A stretch of 64,000 nt of DNA from Gammaproteobacteria bacterium. Its GTDB lineage: Bacteria; Pseudomonadota; Gammaproteobacteria; UBA6429; Thiohalophilaceae. This document shows positions 40,397 to 49,679 of this stretch, one piece after another; the first letter of the stretch is position 1, and every line of letters begins with the position of its first letter. The stretch is taken from NCBI GenBank assembly GCA_015491815.1, contig WFVC01000038.1, forward strand, positions 2,095 to 66,094. Reading direction: 5' to 3'. The notes under the pieces were generated by a model. It saw only the letters and a program-made list of their open reading frames with translations, was not told the DNA's origin and ran no database searches. A program made the translations under genes and the position numbers.

Positions 40397-42862
40397 ATGA
40401 CCGATTCCAGTAAGAAGACTGACACGACTGATTTCGATCGGGGTCTGAGCAGCGAGGAAGCCGCCCGGCGACTGGCCCAGTACGGCCCCAATGCGCTGGA
40501 ACAAAAACAGGTTTCTATCCTGCGCCGTCTTCTTGGCTATTTCTGGGGCCCCATCCCCTGGATGATCGAAGTTGCCGCCATACTCTCCGCACTGGTGCAA
40601 CACTGGGCCGATTTCTGGATCATTATGGCGCTGCTGATCTTTAATGCGGCAGTCGGTTTCTGGCAGGAATACACCGCCGGCAATGCTGTCGCCGCGTTGA
40701 TGAAACAACTGGCGCTGAAAGCCCGTGTCCGCCGTGACAGTCAATGGCGGGAGATCGATGCCAAACAACTGGCGCCCGGCGATATTGTGCGCATTCGACT
40801 GGGCGATGTGATTCCGGCCGATGTCAGACTGGTGGACGGCGACTATCTCAGCGTCGATCAATCCGCCCTTACCGGCGAATCTATGCCCGTCACCCTGCGC
40901 ACCAATGATGAGGCCTTCTCCGGCACCATCGTTAAACAGGGTGAAGTGCTGGCCGAGGTCACCCAGACCGGCGCCAATACCCGTTTCGGTAAAACCGCCA
41001 GTCTGGTGGAACAGGCGAAAACCGTTTCTCATTTCCAGAAGGCCGTATTGACTATCGGCGACTATCTCATCTACGTCAGTCTGGCGCTGGTGGCGGTGCT
41101 GGTTATTGTCCAGCTGCATCGCCATATGCCGTGGCTGGATCTGGTGCAGTTCGCGCTCATCCTCACCGTCGCTTCCATCCCCGTGGCCATGCCTGCGGTG
41201 CTGTCCATGACCATGGCGATGGGTGCGATGGCGCTGTCGAAACATAAAGCCATCGTCACCCGTCTGGAATCCATCGAGGAAATGGCCAGCATGGACGTGC
41301 TGTGCTCGGATAAAACCGGCACCCTGACGCAGAATCGCCTGACGTTGGGAAAAATCGAACTCTTTCAGGCAAAGGATGAACAGGAGGTGCTGCAGGCTGC
41401 GGCGCTGGCCTCGCGCGAAGAAGATCGGGACGCTATCGACGAGGCGGTGCTGGAAGGCGTGCAGAATAAAGAGCAACTCACAAGCTACCGGCAAACCGCC
41501 TTTATTCCTTTTGACCCGGTGCATAAACGCACAGAGGCGACCATTCAGGCTCCTGACGGCGCGACCTTTCAAACCGCCAAGGGCGCACCGCAGATCATCA
41601 TGGAAATGGCTGAACTCTCAGATGAGATGCAAACCCGCGCGCAACAGGTCGTTGACGCATTCGCTGCGCAGGGCTACCGCGCCCTCGGCGTCGCACGCAA
41701 AAACAGCGATGCGCCCGGCTGGACTTTCCTCGGCATTCTCTCCCTGTTTGATCCACCGCGTGAAGATTCAGCAAAAACCATCGCCCACACGTGCGCCTAC
41801 GGCGTCAACATGAAAATGGTGACCGGCGACAATCTGGCCATTGCCAGGCAAATCTCCGGCAAACTGGGCCTCGGTGATAATATTCTCCGGGCCGATGCCC
41901 TGCCCATCGACGGCGACGGCGCCGATCACAAAGCCAGCATCGATGCCGTCGAGCAGGCTGACGGCTTCGCTGAGGTTTTTCCCGAACATAAGTTCGCTAT
42001 CGTTAAAATCCTGCAAAAACGCGATCACATCACCGGCATGACCGGTGATGGCGTCAATGATGCGCCTGCTTTGAAACAGGCCGACGTCGGCATTGCCGTC
42101 AGCGGCGCCACCGATGCCGCCCGCGCCGCCGCCGATCTGGTGCTCACCGCACCGGGGCTGTCGGTCATTGTCACGGCCATCGAAGAAGCCCGGCGTATTT
42201 TCGAACGCATGAGCGCCTATGCCATCTACCGCATCAGTGAAACCATTCGCATCATGTTCTTCGTAGTGCTGGCGATGGTCTTTTTCGACTTCTATCCCAT
42301 CACCGCAATCATGATCATCCTCCTTGCTTTTTTCAACGATGTGCCGATTATGACCATCGCTTACGACCACACCGGACTGGAGAAAAAACCGGTGCGCTGG
42401 AATATGCAGCAGGTGATTACCGTCGCCACGGCGATGGGCATTGTTGGCGTCTTCGGCAGCTTCGGCATGCTGCTGATTGCGATGGACTGGCTGCATCTGG
42501 ATGTCAGTCAGATTCAGACTTATGTCTTTCTGAAAATGGCCGTCGCCGGGCATCTGGTGTTGTTCGTCGCCCGCAACAAAGGCCACTTCTGGGAACGGCC
42601 CTGGCCTGCGCCTGTCATGATCTGGTCGGCAGTCGTCACCAAACTGGCGGCAACCCTGCTGGCCGCCTATGGCTTTGGCCTGATCACGCCCATCAGCTGG
42701 CCGGAAATCGCATTGATCTGGGGCTATTCTTTTGCCTCGGCAATGCTCACCGATCTGGTCAAGGTGCAGGTCTATCGCCATCTGTCAGGAGAAACGCCCC
42801 GCCATCGCGGCTTTGTCGATCATCTGAAGCATCCGTTGAATGCTTCCAGAGGTGGAAAATAA
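40397..42862 (+). CDS. P3A-type (plasma-membrane-type) proton-efflux P-type ATPase
   Basis: The N-terminal half is collinear with plant AHA and fungal PMA1 (GLSSEEAARRL..YGPNALE; GNAVAALM; PGDIVRIRLGDVIPADVRL; DQSALTGESMPV). It also has CSDKTGTLT and TGDGVNDAPALKQADVGIAV. Confidence 0.85.
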   Translation: MTDSSKKTDTTDFDRGLSSEEAARRLAQYGPNALEQKQVSILRRLLGYFWGPIPWMIEVAAILSALVQHWADFWIIMALLIFNAAVGFWQEYTAGNAVAALMKQLALKARVRRDSQWREIDAKQLAPGDIVRIRLGDVIPADVRLVDGDYLSVDQSALTGESMPVTLRTNDEAFSGTIVKQGEVLAEVTQTGANTRFGKTASLVEQAKTVSHFQKAVLTIGDYLIYVSLALVAVLVIVQLHRHMPWLDLVQFALILTVASIPVAMPAVLSMTMAMGAMALSKHKAIVTRLESIEEMASMDVLCSDKTGTLTQNRLTLGKIELFQAKDEQEVLQAAALASREEDRDAIDEAVLEGVQNKEQLTSYRQTAFIPFDPVHKRTEATIQAPDGATFQTAKGAPQIIMEMAELSDEMQTRAQQVVDAFAAQGYRALGVARKNSDAPGWTFLGILSLFDPPREDSAKTIAHTCAYGVNMKMVTGDNLAIARQISGKLGLGDNILRADALPIDGDGADHKASIDAVEQADGFAEVFPEHKFAIVKILQKRDHITGMTGDGVNDAPALKQADVGIAVSGATDAARAAADLVLTAPGLSVIVTAIEEARRIFERMSAYAIYRISETIRIMFFVVLAMVFFDFYPITAIMIILLAFFNDVPIMTIAYDHTGLEKKPVRWNMQQVITVATAMGIVGVFGSFGMLLIAMDWLHLDVSQIQTYVFLKMAVAGHLVLFVARNKGHFWERPWPAPVMIWSAVVTKLAATLLAAYGFGLITPISWPEIALIWGYSFASAMLTDLVKVQVYRHLSGETPRHRGFVDHLKHPLNASRGGK

Positions 42863-42871
42863 AACAGGCAT

Positions 42872-42887
42872 TGTCATCCAGGTTGCA
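42872..42887 (+). promoter_or_regulatory. Operator-like site S6: TGTCATCCAGGTTGCA (the 18-mer is identical to S5)
   Basis: It lies 10 nt after the ATPase stop and 61 nt before the CMD-family gene ATG. Confidence 0.6.
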
Positions 42888-42947
42888 TCCCCGCCTCGTG
42901 GATCGATGCACAATATGCGTGACAATCTTTGAAAAGGGAGAAAAACA

Positions 42948-43295
42948 ATGCCCCGAATGCAGGAAAAACTCGATGAGATTATGACGCTGACCCAGTCACT
43001 GCGTAAAGATTATCCGACTGAAACCAATGCCTTTCTCGGATTTCTAAACAAAGCCGAATCCGGCAAGGCGTTAGCGATCCGCGACAAGGAACTGATTAAC
43101 GTCGCTCTTGCAGTCGCCGCGCAATGTGAATGGTGTATCGCCTTTCATGTTGAACAGGCGGTAAAAAGCGGCGCCGACCGAGATGAAATTATCGAAGCCG
43201 GTTTCATGGCCGTGATCATGCACGGTGGCCCCGCCTATATGTATATGACTCCTCTGCTGGATGCGATTGACGAATTTTTAACAGAGACAAACTGA
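42948..43295 (+). CDS. Carboxymuconolactone decarboxylase (AhpD-like) family protein
   Basis: 115 aa with the CxxC-H motif (QCEWCIAFH) typical of the CMD/AhpD fold. Confidence 0.75.
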   Translation: MPRMQEKLDEIMTLTQSLRKDYPTETNAFLGFLNKAESGKALAIRDKELINVALAVAAQCEWCIAFHVEQAVKSGADRDEIIEAGFMAVIMHGGPAYMYMTPLLDAIDEFLTETN

Positions 43296-43296
43296 G

Positions 43297-44367
43297 ATGG
43301 ACAGAGACACCCTGCACCGGTTTTTATACGACATGCTGCTGGCGCGCGCCTTCGAAGAACGCGCGGCTGAGGAATACGCCAATGGGAACATTGCCGGTTT
43401 CCTGCATCTTTATCCCGGCGAGGAAGCGGTTGCTGTAGGCGTGATTCACGCCGCCGAGCCCAGCGACTATCTGGTCACCACCTATCGTGAACACGTGCAT
43501 GCGCTGGTGCGCGGCATCCCGCCACGCCCAATCATGGCCGAACTGTTCGGCCGCTGCGACGGCATCTGCAAAGGCATGGGTGGCTCCATGCACCTGTTCG
43601 ATCGCGAACGTCGTTTCATGGGCGGCTATGCGATTGTCGGTGAAACCTTTCCGGTGGCGACCGGCATTGGCTACAGTATCGCTCTGCGTCAGTTACCGGA
43701 AGCGGTGATCTGTTTTTTTGGCGATGGCGCGGTCAATCAGGGCACATTTCACGAAGCCCTGAACATGGCCGCACTCTGGAAACTGCCGGTGTTGTTTGTC
43801 TGTGAAAATAACCACTATCAAATCGGTACTGAGATCCATCGTCACTCTGCTGTCGTTGATGTCCATAAACGCGCCTGCGCCTATAACATTCCGGCGGAAA
43901 AGTTTGACGGCATGGATGTGATCAATGTTTATGAAGCCACGCGGCATGCGCTCGCCCGGATACGCGCCGGTAACGGGCCGCAATTGCTGGAGTTTGAAAC
44001 CTACCGTTTTCGCGGCCACTCGATGGCGGATTCCGGCAGCTACCGACCACGTTCGGAAGTTAAAGCTTATGCCGAACGCGATCCGTTAAAGACGGTGATT
44101 AACGAAGCCGAATTCGGCTATCCAACATCCGAGCAAATTACCGCCGCCGGTCCTGATGTCATCAGCCGCCTGGTCGATCACCCTTCCGCCATCGATCATT
44201 TTGATGCACGCCATGTTGAACAGATTAAACAGGAGGTGGCGAACATCGTCGATGACGCCGCACAGTTTGCATCGCAAAGTCCGCAACCCACAATCGATGA
44301 CGCCTGGGCCAGTCTGTACGGCAACCGTCAGCATGAAACATTGATGGAGGATGCGCAACATGGCTGA
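43297..44367 (+). CDS. pdhA: TPP-dependent 2-oxoacid (pyruvate/acetoin) dehydrogenase E1 alpha subunit
   Basis: It contains GFLHLYPGEEAV, YREH, GGSMH and the TPP-binding GDGAVNQGTFHEALNMAALWKLPVLFVCENN. Confidence 0.85.
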   Translation: MDRDTLHRFLYDMLLARAFEERAAEEYANGNIAGFLHLYPGEEAVAVGVIHAAEPSDYLVTTYREHVHALVRGIPPRPIMAELFGRCDGICKGMGGSMHLFDRERRFMGGYAIVGETFPVATGIGYSIALRQLPEAVICFFGDGAVNQGTFHEALNMAALWKLPVLFVCENNHYQIGTEIHRHSAVVDVHKRACAYNIPAEKFDGMDVINVYEATRHALARIRAGNGPQLLEFETYRFRGHSMADSGSYRPRSEVKAYAERDPLKTVINEAEFGYPTSEQITAAGPDVISRLVDHPSAIDHFDARHVEQIKQEVANIVDDAAQFASQSPQPTIDDAWASLYGNRQHETLMEDAQHG

Positions 44368-45352
44368 AACCCTGCTCTACTGGCAAGCACTGAATCGCGC
44401 ACTGGATCTGGAAATGTCGCGCGATGAATCCGTTTTCACCCTGGGCGAAGACGTCGGTCTGTACGGGGGTTCCTATCGCGTCACGGAAGGACTCTATGCA
44501 AAATACGGTGAATGGCGAGTGCGCGACACGCCGATCTCAGAAGGCGGCTTCACCGGACTGGGCGTGGGCGCGGCGCTGACCGGCATGCGCCCGGTGGTGG
44601 AGATCATGACCATCAACTTCGCCCTGCTGGCGCTGGATGCAATCATCAACATGGCGGCCAAGATCCCGTTCATGTCCGGCGGCCAGTTCCCCATGCCGCT
44701 GGTGGTGCGCATGCCCGGCGGTGTCGCCAAACAACTGGCCGCCCAGCACTCACAACGTCTGGAACACACACTGATGAATGTGCCCGGCCTGCGCATCGTG
44801 GTTCCCTCCACGCCGCAGGATGCATACTGGCAACTGCGCCAGTCTATCGCCAGCGATGATCCAATTATCATGCTGGAACATGAGCTGCTGTATTTTGAAA
44901 AGGGCGAAGTAAATCCTGCCGCTGAACCACCCCCGGTACATCAGGCAAGCGTTCGCCGCGAGGGAACAGATCTAACCATCATCAGTTACTCACGCATGGC
45001 TAACCTGTCAGTACAGGCGGCGGAAAAACTTGCCGAGAAAAATATCGAGGCTGAGGTTATCGATCTACGCAGTCTCAATCCCATCGACTGGGATACCTGT
45101 AGTGCGTCTCTGAAAAAAACACATCGTTTACTGGTCGTGGAAGAAGACTGCCGGTTCGCCGGCGCCGGCGCCGAGATCATCGCAAATTTGAGCGAACGCA
45201 GTTTTTTTGATCTGGATGCAGCCCCTGTGCGCATCGCCGGACTCGACATGCCCACCCCGTTTAACCGGGAGCTGGAAGCCGCCAGCATCCCGAAAATTAA
45301 CGATATTGTCGATGCCGCCCGTCAATTGGCCGGGCAAAATAAAACTGGTTAA
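44360..45352 (+). CDS. pdhB: 2-oxoacid dehydrogenase E1 beta subunit
   Basis: It contains GEDVG.YGG.Y.VT.GL...G..RV.DTPISE and a C-terminal transketolase-C domain. The ATG at 44360 overlaps the alpha-subunit stop by 8 nt. Confidence 0.85.
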   Translation: MAETLLYWQALNRALDLEMSRDESVFTLGEDVGLYGGSYRVTEGLYAKYGEWRVRDTPISEGGFTGLGVGAALTGMRPVVEIMTINFALLALDAIINMAAKIPFMSGGQFPMPLVVRMPGGVAKQLAAQHSQRLEHTLMNVPGLRIVVPSTPQDAYWQLRQSIASDDPIIMLEHELLYFEKGEVNPAAEPPPVHQASVRREGTDLTIISYSRMANLSVQAAEKLAEKNIEAEVIDLRSLNPIDWDTCSASLKKTHRLLVVEEDCRFAGAGAEIIANLSERSFFDLDAAPVRIAGLDMPTPFNRELEAASIPKINDIVDAARQLAGQNKTG

Positions 45353-45456
45353 TGGATTCTTTCCAATAAACGCAATCTCGATATCGGAATCGAAAGAAGC
45401 GTCTTTTAATATGGAACAGAGAGCGGATATCTATCCTCAATTTGGAGGCTGATATT

Positions 45457-45634
45457 TTAAGGAACCTCTGATTAATTCCGTTCGCCCTGAGCCCTTCGAC
45501 TTCGCTCAGGAGAGCCTTGTCGAAGGGTGAGCCATATAACATTATGATTTTACAATGCTTAACGTTCATGGTTCGACCCTTCGTCAGGCTCAGGACTTCA
45601 CCACGAACGGCGGAATTAATCAGAGGTTCCTTAA
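45457..45634. mobile_element. MITE copy D (178 bp), opposite orientation to A and C, with an internal ~40-bp expansion
   Basis: TTAAGGAACCTCTGATTAATTCCGTTCGCCCTGAG...CGAACGGCGGAATTAATCAGAGGTTCCTTAA, with perfect TTAA at both ends. Confidence 0.8.
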
Positions 45635-45646
45635 ATTTGCATTTTT

Positions 45647-45678
45647 ATGCATAGTTGCACTATTATGCAACTATGCAT
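45647..45678. promoter_or_regulatory. Perfect 13-6-13 inverted repeat, a candidate ArsR/SmtB operator
   Basis: ATGCATAGTTGCA-CTATTA-TGCAACTATGCAT. The right arm contains the arsR-family ATG (45673). Confidence 0.7.
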
Positions 45679-46077
45679 ATTTTAACCATTAACCCGGAAA
45701 CCCTTTTTCAGGCCTTATCTGACAGTACACGCCTGCGCATTATTCACCTGCTGGTAATGAGTGATGAAGAAATCTGTCTGTGTGAGCTGGTCGATGCCCT
45801 GCTTGAACCTCAATACAATCTTTCCCGTCATCTTAAAGTATTGCGTCAGGCGGGCCTGTTAACATCGCAAAAAGAAGGCCGCTGGGTCTACCACCGTTTG
45901 ACCACTGATCCTGATTACCTGCAGCAACTTTATGCGCTGGTGCGCGCATTGCCGGATCCGGATAATACCTACCGCACAGATTTCAGGCGCTTTAAAAATC
46001 GCATGGCCTTGCGTGAAGACGGTCGCTGCCGGGTTGGGATTCTTTCCGAAAATCTGAAGAAGGCGGGCGCTAAATAA
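45673..46077 (+). CDS. ArsR/SmtB-family metal-responsive repressor
   Basis: It contains LSDSTRLRIIHLL, the CxC metal-site context EEICLCELVDAL, and NLSRHLKVLRQAGLL. Its stop overlaps the ATPase ATG (TAATG). Confidence 0.85.
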   Translation: MHILTINPETLFQALSDSTRLRIIHLLVMSDEEICLCELVDALLEPQYNLSRHLKVLRQAGLLTSQKEGRWVYHRLTTDPDYLQQLYALVRALPDPDNTYRTDFRRFKNRMALREDGRCRVGILSENLKKAGAK

Positions 46078-47993
46078 TGGCCTGCCCGAGCTGTGAGGCC
46101 GTCGCCGCCGGCCGGCCCCTGCCACCCCCCTGGCGCAACCCGCAGGTTGTCGCCTCCGCGCTGTCGGGGGGATTGCTCGCAGCAGGCTTCTTCGGCGCTA
46201 TGCTGGGACTCGCCGCGCAACTGGAAACCGGTTTATATCTACTGGCTGTGGTTATTGGCGGCTGGTATTTCATTCGTGAAGGCCTCGAAACGCTGCTGGA
46301 AGAACGGCAGATCGGCATTGAAATTTTAATGGCGGTTGCCGCGCTGACCGCCGGCCTTCTGGGACAATGGGCCGAAGCCGCCATGCTGGTTTTTCTTTAT
46401 TCAATTTCAGAAGCCGCCGAAGGTTATACCGAGCAGCGCACCCGCAACGCCATCCGCGCCTTGATGGATCTGGCGCCAAAAACCGCGCTGGTTTTGCGTG
46501 ACAATCAGGAAAAGCTTATTCCCGCTGACGAGCTTCAACCCGGTGATATTTTTATCGTTCGACCCGGTGAGGCGGTGGCGACCGATGGCGAAATTATCGA
46601 TGGACATTCAAGCCTGAATCAGGCGCCGGTGACCGGCGAGTCGTTGCCCGTAGAAAAGACCATTGGTGATCCGGTGTTTGCCGCAACCTTGAATGGCGAA
46701 GGCGCGCTGACTATTCGGGTAACAAAAACCACGGCCGACAATACGCTGGCGCGAATCATTCAACTGGTGGAAGAAGCCCAGTCCAGCAAGGGAAAAAGTC
46801 AGCGCTTTATCGAACGCTTTGGCCGCCGTTACAGCCCGGCGGTGCTGGCGGCGGGGATCCTGCTGGCAGTCGTACCGCCAGTTTTTTTTGCGCAGGAATG
46901 GCAGGAATGGTTAACGCGCGCGACCGTCTTTATTGTCGCCGCCGCACCCTGTGCACTGGTTATTTCCATTCCCATTACCCTGGTTGCCGCGATTGGCACG
47001 GCCGGACGAAACGGCATATTAATCAAGGGCGGCGTGCATCTGGAAAATCTGGCGAAAGTGAAGGTTATCACGCTGGATAAAACCGGCACTCTGACATCAG
47101 GCAGGCCGCAGGTCAGTAAAATTATCAGCTTTAATGACGTGTCTGAAAAACAATTACTGAGCGCCGCCGCTGCGCTGGAATTGCGTTCACAGCATCCGCT
47201 GGCCAGAGCCATTATCGACTATACGGCAGATAAAAATATCGAGGTTCCGCCTGCTGAGGATTTTCAGTCGCTGACCGGCGCCGGCGCCAGAGGTCGAATC
47301 AATAATGAAACTGTATATATTGGCAAGCCGGATTTGTTCTCTGACATGGGCATAGCCTTAACTTCGATTCAAACACAAATCAGGGAACTGCAACAGGCGG
47401 GCAATACCGTCATATTACTGGGGACGAAACAACAGGTGCAGGGACTGATTGCCGTGAATGATCCACTTAGATCGGAAGTGGTTGATGCGATTAGCGAGTT
47501 GCGCCGAACCGGTATAAAAAAGATCATTATGTTGACCGGTGATAATCAGCTGGCGGCGAATGCCATCGCCGCTAAAGCCGGTATCGATGAAGTTTTTGCC
47601 GAACTAAAGCCTGAGGATAAAAAACGCAAAATTGAAGAACTGGATCGGCGTTATGGTCGAGTCGCCATGGTCGGTGATGGCGTCAATGACGCCCCGGCAT
47701 TAGCCGCCGCGCATGTCGGTATCGCCATGGGCGCAGCCGGGACGGATGTCGCGCTGGAAACTGCCGATGTGGCGCTGATGGCGGACGATCTGTCGCGCCT
47801 GCCTTATCTGATTCACTTTAGTCATCGAAACTGGCATATTATTCGTCAGAATTTAATCCTCTCTGTACTTGTCATCGGCAGTCTTGTCAGCGGCGCTGTT
47901 GCAGGCGCATTTTCATTACCCGTTGCTGTTCTCGCCCATGAGATTAGCGAGTTTATCGTAATCGCCAGCGGTCTGCGGATGTTGCGATCCTAG
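46077..47993 (+). CDS. P1B-type heavy-metal-translocating ATPase without a full HMA domain
   Basis: It has DKTGTLT, GDGVNDAPAL, the TM6 sequence AAAPCALVISIP (A-P-C at 46944-46952) and an N-terminal MACPSCE. Confidence 0.85.
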   Translation: MACPSCEAVAAGRPLPPPWRNPQVVASALSGGLLAAGFFGAMLGLAAQLETGLYLLAVVIGGWYFIREGLETLLEERQIGIEILMAVAALTAGLLGQWAEAAMLVFLYSISEAAEGYTEQRTRNAIRALMDLAPKTALVLRDNQEKLIPADELQPGDIFIVRPGEAVATDGEIIDGHSSLNQAPVTGESLPVEKTIGDPVFAATLNGEGALTIRVTKTTADNTLARIIQLVEEAQSSKGKSQRFIERFGRRYSPAVLAAGILLAVVPPVFFAQEWQEWLTRATVFIVAAAPCALVISIPITLVAAIGTAGRNGILIKGGVHLENLAKVKVITLDKTGTLTSGRPQVSKIISFNDVSEKQLLSAAAALELRSQHPLARAIIDYTADKNIEVPPAEDFQSLTGAGARGRINNETVYIGKPDLFSDMGIALTSIQTQIRELQQAGNTVILLGTKQQVQGLIAVNDPLRSEVVDAISELRRTGIKKIIMLTGDNQLAANAIAAKAGIDEVFAELKPEDKKRKIEELDRRYGRVAMVGDGVNDAPALAAAHVGIAMGAAGTDVALETADVALMADDLSRLPYLIHFSHRNWHIIRQNLILSVLVIGSLVSGAVAGAFSLPVAVLAHEISEFIVIASGLRMLRS

Positions 47994-48004
47994 ACGATAA
48001 AACT

Positions 48005-48322
48005 ATGTTTATACGCCTTATCATTACACAACTATTAACCCTGAGCATACTGTTCAGCAATATCGCCTGGGCAATGGATGAGTGCAGCTGGTTTACCAAT
48101 GTATCCGGGCAGGAGATGAGTCAGACTGCCACTCCCCCTTCAGATAATGGTTCGCTAACGGGTTCTTGCAACAGCTATTGTATTGGCTGGATCCATCTTT
48201 TGTATATTAATTATCAGGCCTCTTCTATCAACACCATTACCCATCATTTTGATGGGATGCCGAAATTTTCATTTTATCATTCTCTGCAACGCAAACCCCC
48301 TACCGAACCTCCACAGGCCTGA
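48005..48322 (+). CDS. Small exported hypothetical protein (possibly CzcI-like)
   Basis: It has a signal peptide (LTLSILFSNIAWA) and lies between the metal ATPase and czcC. I have no firm family assignment. Confidence 0.4.
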   Translation: MFIRLIITQLLTLSILFSNIAWAMDECSWFTNVSGQEMSQTATPPSDNGSLTGSCNSYCIGWIHLLYINYQASSINTITHHFDGMPKFSFYHSLQRKPPTEPPQA

Positions 48323-48389
48323 GTTCCTTTTGTAACCCAGACTATATTACCGTGGTCATTTGTTATGCCTTCAAAAAAGGACTCGTTTC

Positions 48390-49679
48390 ATGTTCAGGTG
48401 TTTTATTTTACCGATATTATTATCAAGTTGTTTATTGCCCATTAATGCGTGGTCAAGTGATAATACTCCATCAACAAATCAGCATTATTTAGCGGATAAC
48501 CTGTCCACTCTTTCGTCACTGGTGAAAAATGTGCTTGACGACAATCCCGGCATTAAATCTGTGCAGGCCGCACAGGATGCGGCAGTTGCAAAAGCACAGG
48601 CGGCGGATCAACCCTTGTATAATCCAGAACTGGAGCTGGATGTTGAAAATACAGATGTGCAGACCAGTAGTATGGGTATAAACCAGACTATCGACTGGGG
48701 GGATAAACGCGATGCGCGCAGCCAGACGGCTCGCTTCAGACAGCAGGCGTTTGCCGCCAAATTGCAAACCGCTCGTCAGGTGCTGGCTGCCGATGTTCTG
48801 CATGCCCTGGCCAACTATCATTCAGATAATGAAATGGCCGCCCTGACCAAACAACGCATTGAGTTATTGCAAGGATTCGTCGGTCTGGCGAAAAAACGCC
48901 GGCTGTCAGGCGATCTTGGTCAGGCTGAATTAACGCTGGCCAAACTGGCCTTTGTTGAGGCCAATATGCAGCGAACCCGTGCGACAACCCGGCTGATGGA
49001 AACACAACAGCAATTAATCGCGCTTGTCGGTGGAAACAGACATGAATGGCCGCATCTTCCTGATGTATTGCCACCTCTGGAATTGGCGGAACAAAACATC
49101 GATGATATATTGATGCAACTGCCTGTCTTACGGGAGCAGCGATCACGAATTGCTGCAGCCAAAGCCAATATTATTTTTCGCCGCCGAGCCCGGCAACCTG
49201 ATCCAACTATCGGTTTGCGCGGCGGGCGCGAAGCTTCTGACAATCTGATTGGCGTTAGCCTGTCTATTCCGCTTTTTGTGCGCAATAATTTCCGCGCCGA
49301 GGTTGATGTCGCTAATTCTCAGCTAATTCAAACCGAGCGGCAAAGTCAGAATATTACCCGCAAAGTTCGCGCAAAACTGCTTTCTTCCGCACGTCGTTAT
49401 CAACTGGTCTGGAAAACCTGGCAAGACTGGAAACAGGCCGGCCAATTCAGTCTTGTTAACCAGACCACGCTGATACAACAGCTTTGGCAAGCCGGGGAAA
49501 TAAGCACTACTGAATATTTTATGCAACTCAACCAGACGCTGGACACCCGTCTTAGCGCAATAGAATTGCGCAATGATTTATGGCGAACCTGGATCGACTG
49601 GTTACTCGCCTCAGGCCAAATAAATACCTGGTTGGGCATCGACAATCAAGAATTACAATCTGGAGATAAGCCGTTATGA
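48390..49679 (+). CDS. czcC: TolC-family outer-membrane factor of a heavy-metal RND system (CzcC-like)
   Basis: It has a signal peptide and two OEP repeats. The ATG at 48390 has an AAAAGG SD; the track ORF begins at a TTG (48360). Confidence 0.75.
   Translation: MFRCFILPILLSSCLLPINAWSSDNTPSTNQHYLADNLSTLSSLVKNVLDDNPGIKSVQAAQDAAVAKAQAADQPLYNPELELDVENTDVQTSSMGINQTIDWGDKRDARSQTARFRQQAFAAKLQTARQVLAADVLHALANYHSDNEMAALTKQRIELLQGFVGLAKKRRLSGDLGQAELTLAKLAFVEANMQRTRATTRLMETQQQLIALVGGNRHEWPHLPDVLPPLELAEQNIDDILMQLPVLREQRSRIAAAKANIIFRRRARQPDPTIGLRGGREASDNLIGVSLSIPLFVRNNFRAEVDVANSQLIQTERQSQNITRKVRAKLLSSARRYQLVWKTWQDWKQAGQFSLVNQTTLIQQLWQAGEISTTEYFMQLNQTLDTRLSAIELRNDLWRTWIDWLLASGQINTWLGIDNQELQSGDKPL

Noticed and set aside
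40307-41572. A 421-aa minus-strand ORF, together with 41768-42781 (337 aa). Both are antisense to the P3A ATPase gene.
   Set aside because: These are shadow ORFs. Their composition is low-complexity and rich in Arg, Gly, His and Gln, they match no family, and they lie entirely inside a strongly supported + strand gene.
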